This document shows, in pieces, positions 30,801 through 32,000 of a stretch of 32,000 bases of DNA. The stretch comes from an uncultured bacterium (lineage in GTDB: Bacteria; Auribacterota; JACPWU01). The notes beneath the pieces are model-generated. The model was not told the DNA's origin. It made no database searches and saw nothing but the letters and a program-made list of their open reading frames with translations. Position 1 is the stretch's first letter; each line of letters begins with the position of its first letter. The translations under genes and the position numbers were made by a program. The stretch is from positions 1 to 32,000 of the forward strand of contig CAZXEQ010000007.1 in NCBI GenBank assembly GCA_964640155.1. The letters run 5' to 3'.

Positions 30801-32000
30801 CCCTGAGCCTTTACGAGGTGAACGTGGAGGATGGGAGGATTTTCGTGGAGAACAAGAGCAAGAAGGTGCTGAAGGAACGCCTGAAGAAATACAAGAACAG
30901 CCTGCCATATTCTCAAGTCGTACTGAAAGACAAGAAGGGAATCGACATATTGTTACTGAAGATACAATGGTAACCCGTGATGGCCGGACCACACGTACGC
31001 ATACAGAAATTACAACAGAAACTACAACCGATGCACAAGGTCGTGAAAGAACTCAAACAACGGTTCATCAGGTAATTGAGACCGAAGATCGTAGAGTTTC
31101 AAGAACATTTGTAACCGGGCCTGATGGACGAGTGACCGTTGCCACAGAGAGTCGAAATCTTAGAACAGGTGAGGTGGAATCAAGTCCAGCCTCTCCATGG
31201 CCAGAAGGAACGACAGTGACAACAAGGCAAGGTGAAAATGGTCCTGAGGTTGTGGTTACATTCCCTGCACATCCAGTGACTTCTACCAATGATCCTCATG
31301 TCGGACAACAGCGACAACTTCAAATTATTTACAACTCAGATGGAACAAGAACTCAAGTAGAAAATTATCGTTCAGCTGATGGGCGTACGACAACAGTTAG
31401 AGAAGACTATGACATCAATGGACGCTTTCAGCGGACAACCACTTCGGAAGGGCTTCCAGATGGGACTCGAATCAATACGAATGAACGTGGTGAAGCAACG
31501 GTCACACGTCCAGGCGCTCCTGAGCCGGCCCCTGCAAATCGTCAAGGTGTTCGTTGGACAAGAGAGCGTACACAATTTGGTTATGATGAACGTGGTCGTG
31601 TGGTATGGCAGTCCCGAGAGACAAGAGATAATTTTTCTTCTACAGTAACCAAGGTTGTCAGTCGCATGGCGTATGATCAATATGGCCGAGAGCGCGACAG
31701 GCAATCCAGCACTTTTGTGAATGGATATGATATTTCAGGTCTTGACGGAGAAGAAATTCTTAATCCAGTTGCTGATCCCAATGATCCTACAGGCAGAAGA
31801 CTGATTTCATTTGAAGTGCGTATCAATGGACAAGTCCATCGTGTTCAAAATATTCAATATTGTGGTCAAGGTGGAAATCAGATGTGCGGATACACCGTTC
31901 GAGATGCACGGGGTGGTGTTGTGATACAAGTCGAGAAAGCTTATGACGGACCTAATGGGGCTCTCTCAAGTACTCGTATTTTACAAAATGGGCAGTGGAC
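15802..32000 (+). CDS. Giant YD-repeat (Rhs/teneurin-type) protein with N-terminal membrane anchor; 3' end beyond the right window edge (>=5399 aa)
   Basis: I translated frame 1 by hand from the ATG at 15802 to 32000 and found no stop codon. GGAG lies at 15789-15792, 9 nt upstream of the ATG, and an in-frame stop lies at 15766-15768. The N-terminus is MSFFASVKKSYWAKGVNVALSLVFIMWDIASTGF. There are more than 35 YD-type hairpin motifs, including TQFDIAGRETRV, SASYDIHGRETGS, IAYDIAGRQTRY, TTYDVFGRSEDT, EFQYDNQGRTIYEE, SYDYRGRMLGRD, FEYDVNGQVTRF, DYDINGRFQRT, FGYDERGRVVWQ and MAYDQYGRERD. The ORF is absent from the track because it is not closed inside the window. Confidence 0.9.
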   Translation, partial: MSFFASVKKSYWAKGVNVALSLVFIMWDIASTGFTEAVYNSPTKSPIEEPAVTASQAKTRAAHEEEMQRQMSVQEQLRNRSRESAVTQIGRQGLLANLPGNRLDKQAELDRMLQAQKYQNENEYIGRKNGADELGKHIASLGINITLGKRNLASAALNVPTGISGVNRQNITNGAIRSVPGMRPNGIFNMQITFAGKLFANLNQEQMRGNVLVGITHMTGPITLEGISGAAYENGKQVDIFKAPDLSKVFISQYTNTSIDPKGNKIVTDIKQKYTDTPTEKQLLDKPIDILSTTVDENKGVTTKTHTFDIDYYTSDDEANGKFKGYRSAYESVTELSYAPLAPIHSFVSEVKYTKKSVKSDLEALGVTDQPQLDGDDGKGNRILVDDQVQVDYQKFGCTYENAESCDNTPVTTFKHTKFNEYNVFGEVVRYTEEGFRILGGERAGDVPSNMNIANFSSQRGHYPQAIDYEIEFKNAGYNALGQLIVFDQITLDGGSRLTQHSTREYDLFNRVAKAVDQFTDGEGTRWVETTEFLSYFERGSVSAGLVREQRKTTHYLNSDQPDVVETQTFTYDERFGLIATAVGTRVSDGITEEFESTFEYDDFANVIFQRSIQHYTGSSDIAPDGIDFTRTTETTSDYDRYRRVTRKETSTIEGPYQGVDNIDGSGAGTTREFFNTTTVVQTDFSYCHGCFLAVAYSELETHSGLSTSFVGPIFDLDGRLIGYGPMQTVNVNYTISRRYTDIRYATINGQQTQWPTYMNIEISDSRYPNVNETRTVENFSFNSRGFVTSSRTTTHRWGSYTITDVSDPLFGQVITLDVTTVEILESASYFPNGAIRTFRKRLIDGTGLEIIVERLDTSYIPLVNVPSRTVERTNKRGLIFVETYEAVEVGRDLQVHAYDLRRELGDPMFRTELTQRRNIIINTLLVPVMFTDTVTVTSAAGTMIETRIERTRVTGFEDGTGRQISSHFISVSRRANGDMITIQDNQEQRTNAFGQAQETMTYQEQRTHTAATTFESIFVNPAYYPDGTTVLPYAVASSEHTVDIVYQPYELPNTYTRTRNDFNPNYDQNADSTLDVAVRSVLDITTQVQRLATTHHFGQEETFHEVITAPDAANVGDQVAKRNARADVTIDRRQTAATFNTTTFNVESFVQVTRETGTDSVTGEILDATTTNTTSSIAVNTLGQLVSQNEVLDLPTGDTVTTQTTDTTYNELGLKTGETQRISRSGETDKYVIRTLSNGAYTVANQLYSFTNASTTYIGGVQGITVTVTRVADTANGVALATQFDIAGRETRVSEFTRTTGSGTDSIGNTLSIDTLVKEYTLNTYNAVSQVTSSESYILDDLSDGVEDDAGSVQHISRTRTYNLLGQVQTESDESFSTRADDLIVQNSRSLTDRYANGLENQYTATEVRQQVTASVNFATKTFSSAVVDPPAFRTRAVTTRASTLYFDSTSTFGGKLRGFEEDVQEAYWNTGTLAYVNFDYETRNIRLFNSTDGYNTSGNANHYASHEIRMDTLGGTQGDEYLTYDVIDRQSTTYNVFEQVFGYTQVTSNLSPPLTRTTLVTGGTISAFPPTLTTLSTLPTLPISSAPGVQETTVFSRGFYNDQGHLYSSRRVDTDNFTSVTRTTNQVSASYDIHGRETGSIQTIATLALDGTTTVLNTLVERTTTGITYDSASGTEDFDLLREQSVQTQDFDATLTTPTPLPVTTLEETRNIAYDIAGRQTRYIQLTDRTADAGSTIPDLPDGLRTRSVESLTGITYNGFNLVTSRSTTRNDSSRPWALTSRVEETTYDVFGRSEDTLTTDTEMSHEISGMGFSLPVSSGTTPDFLTAYFAQGASPSYGVDFQLLRQGVFSYTATTNMSVTTTGIINLDTDNDGTIEAGEGYLNVDVDGDGAISVAESARRVLASYRYTDSSGTYTVNLDVDGDGRLDQGTEFDINTGHSLSYIWQNTSGGSATTVSNMVFNDQNRLTQYFNGTSTVSVTYSTDPTLNAHRAEIPEAAMTGVQTNTPFVEDTPALHAPFFVYQENVTRTRDTTLDRDIYNRVTSHLEVQNDAASFGTVRTTLVTDMTYNAITGLQSAENRETYTAGSRIIEPDNAGYFRNFRVIDNFSDSTFSSSSGVHVRTFAYTYDATPTDLFNGDELTFTMQVTGTAVRGSGPELPNLDATHTINAAISPELWVPTQVTYDATNTSGTSVQSGTLDLSYDADSGMVSNFTHVGSELGGGAFDFTFTGIAYDGNNRMSRYTLTDASVGAPPSNSNTYAMEYYVTTRSEDTNGNGSLDAGEDTIYANGTLDTNIVEFSNPARGTLVSRYDPADWSIDGYVRMSTLGTADTEVAQAGPTYGRLLDEDVDADGMLEGSEDQDGDGMRDVRGSTISIPPPGLSFGLVGVGLRIPTFAYQEVREFTSRTFNSYDIRGFESERTDVVISSDTPGIRRTIVTETTTSDSGFTASTTRTESHARNSYQTGGVRGLAWDSSATALRGTARSFFFDDRDRVQRQATSVTYYVSSANGTDVVSGGSTQPVGAVAGYTVGGVVYSNIVYDVSPTSQNYGMMSEFTRNAIPYDITAFDNHGRPTAWTFGANTVTAVTYDLEDQVVANVSSTDVSPGGGIYRYTLNAGVPVTATALTAPLDDSLIGNINSVLFMQYSTHDTRSVSEFQYDNQGRTIYEEVTSVDDQRLTSRQQVINRTNAWHSSGLPFYTSTSQSSIGMDFTGLDLYGATYDPSDPLRLTGFSMFVRSGPGRVNTPTNLPVNTTTNEGTVITVSDIVWETTGTEDSTGRLVIHRPISFTYNVDFPPSMGTDINGATFSSPTYNETDFFDRNSGAMTGFTFTEGAVTTTVTGIAYDNMRRYSNYTSFNGTTTTTTPVTLYNPVTGRAQSPSTLTGLPSLPIFYFQDVRNFVEDLNGNEQITESVIEHDRYLRELNVRSHEVENATPALRIFRDTRNTYRQGEAVQVRTFVRKVGDTENTGGLRSVTRYGAASPYANRISGYEYLSVSGTLTVSNITYSTEPGLEDVIVSWNVYDGTTTTTNTMTPYTTTITASGQFAGRPQVINNTYRDTLIDSIVYESGGVVTPDTARPTSWNQGNMQFDGVTVTGTFRMAISGVSYAAPAAGTEFPPILTVSSYSINPGSGGNRSIRSPALGLLRELDWSVAYPPGFKNVRNTVDLQTLSIERRARDIGGNIIGSFTKERDQSKPGLTTYRTISRGFGSTGLAIREREIAQERGFNVSSLSLPFGTLIGATFASGDLDGEIDTLRMRFNSGSRTINATLSNFVIPPGGFLPTQYEVALTGVGIGGSVTQIVYINPDSDFYQTYSDTRTFGRPRSFRVETISGNAESMVSIEDIHYDLENTVTSRRGFPRDFRIRWDENLVDGVRIDSTGTNVGGTPSGDNIWGYDYDANGDGDVDDPGDIDQDPTIPTTFDGIQRDFLGNILAMSYYLPNGLFSPSVPYGDVDGDNILRSPIDITNATLSTTGPTANNAGRYQSWVYHFQRNSGFQATGTFIYDAPGFPGTDGYTAQLNNTAPSAGFRLGLDTDGVPATIEIDEAFVQGTYTVSSGGVAYDDNGYVRTLTVGFAPRADPSWGSMPSRTFTYDTTTTDDEFGSTGLAAQMRAFFYPTHRMFGYQVSAEPLNLGIQFDADGIGGTDSGALMANRMITYDILSRDEVTDRHIFYNSRDIPLGTLSRKVSNSASRVVTYEDIVRHGNNLGQIDYQRTMKRDRDIGASATSAAWYTGDVLTRKNPEMIFNDAASTIAGQQDEYVYELLGIGHEVTGGEYNFNLLNYTPGFEVSYLSPTITAILAQNILGIRDGGLGFATEFEQAAAQVVSGIGFSPSDPDPLYTTQGTVLYGNPVPGGSGSIFNYQMSGLEYSELASSFDEPIDYLLGFSPYVPTEYGESTTRPGSAAGLRTPVNSNVRAFLNGLHIQLRDTIRTDEITEERFVFNVFGQVIAQFQEIQTSLNNRGGLITFVEQAIFFNAAGLIDRTITETRELSRQRAEEIANGRLSADQIQAETRVQDVNAQQQAEERGRRIESTSRESERGAEATLEGADESTFNVRAPSFGELTLIPYESYFAYLFYDLTGYRTREEPTRTPPGITPGRGESTAAPARVSETRETEREREKYTYTETQFNYNRMGQAVEEYSLERGLDRVERRTFTSRLFDLLGRVRFELRRILEQDIDGIGARQAAAAARGRGLQLMLGAIQVPFVMGAGMMGGFSVQMMMMRSGSFYDVSGIGLGMGSTLLGGAPAPIDESPELPQDGTVEGLMRRAAGLEVQLVLGAMLRSPDLTPRDIMSPPEVADDEPLPIGLTPTSPGEGIGISPEAGTIGETGYSDVRNWIDRIIQQGPAGTGAENQIMVNLVGAQLGNTRERPHVAENRGVNNETTTITWYSYDYRGRMLGRDTYTIDRSRPALTQHSSEVLHYRGFNEAYRRDYSNDSHGIDFNNPEFRDAQIVSRDRNNLVLRARDGTRIEVQMDPAHPDRMLSQTLIYPNGQRETYSNFEYDVNGQVTRFRHTDRGSQTVQTDIARDARSGAITGYTKSQVIPASNGQAERLEETRRVTQIIENNRVVGYSVREGGVGGPTQEYRNIQQGGAAGQGIASFQRCGSGNTNCETVTNPSAEDQAFLQGLSNPLQGQRTAPPVAILNSSSRGTQYLYYDQNRSVVFTAEVRWDSSRPNAVTQVYTAYKYNNYGEVIDQQSLTGEGTPEQIGAFVPPALDQDSDSRGLSRAQTAGNVRRLLQESRAGSGGPGERRSPTPEDLGSMEREDFIYPPGLGPDPIRPRESDMGLGVQPLSPDALQQADRIQPGRPEGSGLVEPIRTENILQYQVTPLEGRDGDLTPGGAGFRMIQEDTGSLGSGLGDWNLGGADFQMGGLEDSRNLGTSVSLLNLLISGLERSPSQPDFQMNRLIDESRMTVREGLRGPDISGVEIPDRGSIELSGDILHLMAGGLMDSRGLGADMTLGVAGAGFGLGIFNFENATRQTGSTTRTSTINFVSLFLLGPEPLRGERGGWEDFRGEQEQEGAEGTPEEIQEQPAIFSSRTERQEGNRHIVTEDTMVTRDGRTTRTHTEITTETTTDAQGRERTQTTVHQVIETEDRRVSRTFVTGPDGRVTVATESRNLRTGEVESSPASPWPEGTTVTTRQGENGPEVVVTFPAHPVTSTNDPHVGQQRQLQIIYNSDGTRTQVENYRSADGRTTTVREDYDINGRFQRTTTSEGLPDGTRINTNERGEATVTRPGAPEPAPANRQGVRWTRERTQFGYDERGRVVWQSRETRDNFSSTVTKVVSRMAYDQYGRERDRQSSTFVNGYDISGLDGEEILNPVADPNDPTGRRLISFEVRINGQVHRVQNIQYCGQGGNQMCGYTVRDARGGVVIQVEKAYDGPNGALSSTRILQNGQW
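15844..15903 (+). other. N-terminal transmembrane anchor / uncleaved signal of the giant YD protein
   Basis: GVNVALSLVFIMWDIASTGF follows the basic KKSYWAK. I saw no obvious AxA cleavage site. Confidence 0.5.
21412..21591 (+). other. Cluster of three DxDxDG calcium-binding-like loops
   Basis: DTDNDGTIEAGE (21412-), DVDGDGAISVAE (21463-21480 core) and DVDGDGRLDQG (21565-21591). Confidence 0.5.
22615..22908 (+). other. Asp-rich calcium-binding-like loops (thrombospondin type 3 / EF-hand-like)
   Basis: EDTNGNGSLDAGEDTIYANGTLD (22615-22683) and DEDVDADGMLEGSEDQDGDGMRD (22840-22908). Confidence 0.5.
25984..26193 (+). other. Asp-rich calcium-binding-like loops
   Basis: YDYDANGDGDVDDPGDIDQD (25984-26043) and GDVDGDNILRSPID (26155-26193). 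Confidence 0.45.
27766..27951 (+). other. Highly charged helical (coiled-coil-like) segment inside the giant YD protein
   Basis: ELSRQRAEEIANGRLSADQIQAETRVQDVNAQQQAEERGRRIESTSRESERGAEATLEGADE. It contains no YD motifs, and its E/R/Q/A-rich composition contrasts with the flanking T/S/N/Y-rich sequence. Confidence 0.45.
28381..28548 (+). other. Gly/Met-rich hydrophobic, glycine-zipper-like segment
   Basis: GLQLMLGAIQVPFVMGAGMMGGFSVQMMMMRSGSFYDVSGIGLGMGSTLLGGAPAP. Confidence 0.5.
30622..30804 (+). other. Second Gly-rich hydrophobic, glycine-zipper-like segment
   Basis: ILHLMAGGLMDSRGLGADMTLGVAGAGFGLGIFNF ... INFVSLFLLGP. It is preceded by the Gly-rich GSLGSGLGDWNLGGADFQMGGL (about 30355-30420). 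Confidence 0.45.

Noticed and set aside
15793-31704. Many 60-128-aa minus-strand ORFs and three plus-strand frame-2 ORFs (22466-22852, 28055-28243, 31379-31648) inside the giant YD gene.
   Set aside because: All are out of frame or antisense to the verified continuous frame-1 ORF, and their composition (Cys/Ile/Ser/Arg-rich) is typical of non-coding frames.
31774-31812. DPNDPTGRRLISF as an Rhs core / YDPxTGRF-type junction marking a C-terminal toxin.
   Set aside because: It lacks the preceding RYY context and the PxxxxDPxGL signature, and YD repeats continue after it (AYDGPNGAL at 31939-31965). The ORF is still open at the window end.
1-32000. Alternative genetic code or stop-codon reassignment. 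The idea arose because the ORF track shows no long ORF in 1-7000 or 15800-32000, although the DNA looks coding.
   Set aside because: Hand translation with the standard code gives uninterrupted frames on the minus strand (6947 to 1) and the plus strand (15802 to 32000). The track simply omits ORFs that are not closed within the window, so no recoding is needed.

Overview
About 96% of this 32-kb window (roughly 40% GC, standard genetic code) codes for three very large ORFs. (1) A minus-strand ORF starts at 6947 and runs off the left edge (>=2315 codons). It encodes a secreted modular protein: a right-handed beta-helix, then Ig-like/IPT-TIG domain pairs interrupted by two SGNH-hydrolase domains. 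(2) A complete plus-strand ORF at 7521 (track start 7500)-15263 (~2580 aa) has no recognisable function. It has an N-terminal membrane anchor, a TIKI/TraB/ChaN-like motif pair, and a GC-rich central block with two internal segments resembling lipoprotein signal peptides. (3) A plus-strand ORF starts at 15802 and is still open at 32000 (>=5399 codons). It consists of dozens of degenerate YD (Rhs/teneurin-type) repeats, Asp-rich calcium-binding-like loops and a Gly/Met-rich hydrophobic insert. ORFs 1 and 3 are missing from the supplied ORF track, apparently because they are not closed inside the window; I confirmed both by hand translation. The short ORFs the track lists inside them are antisense or off-frame shadows. 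Two intergenic regions (6948-7520, divergent; 15264-15801) carry candidate sigma70-type promoters, hairpins and a small palindromic element. I recognised no rRNA, tRNA, CRISPR array, transposase, integrase or phage gene. The most unusual observations are the giant-gene locus itself, the chimeric composition and topology of the middle ORF, and the non-YD insert inside the giant YD protein. The taxon cannot be determined from this window. Giant N-terminally anchored surface proteins resemble what has been reported for Omnitrophota-like uncultivated bacteria, but that is only a guess.
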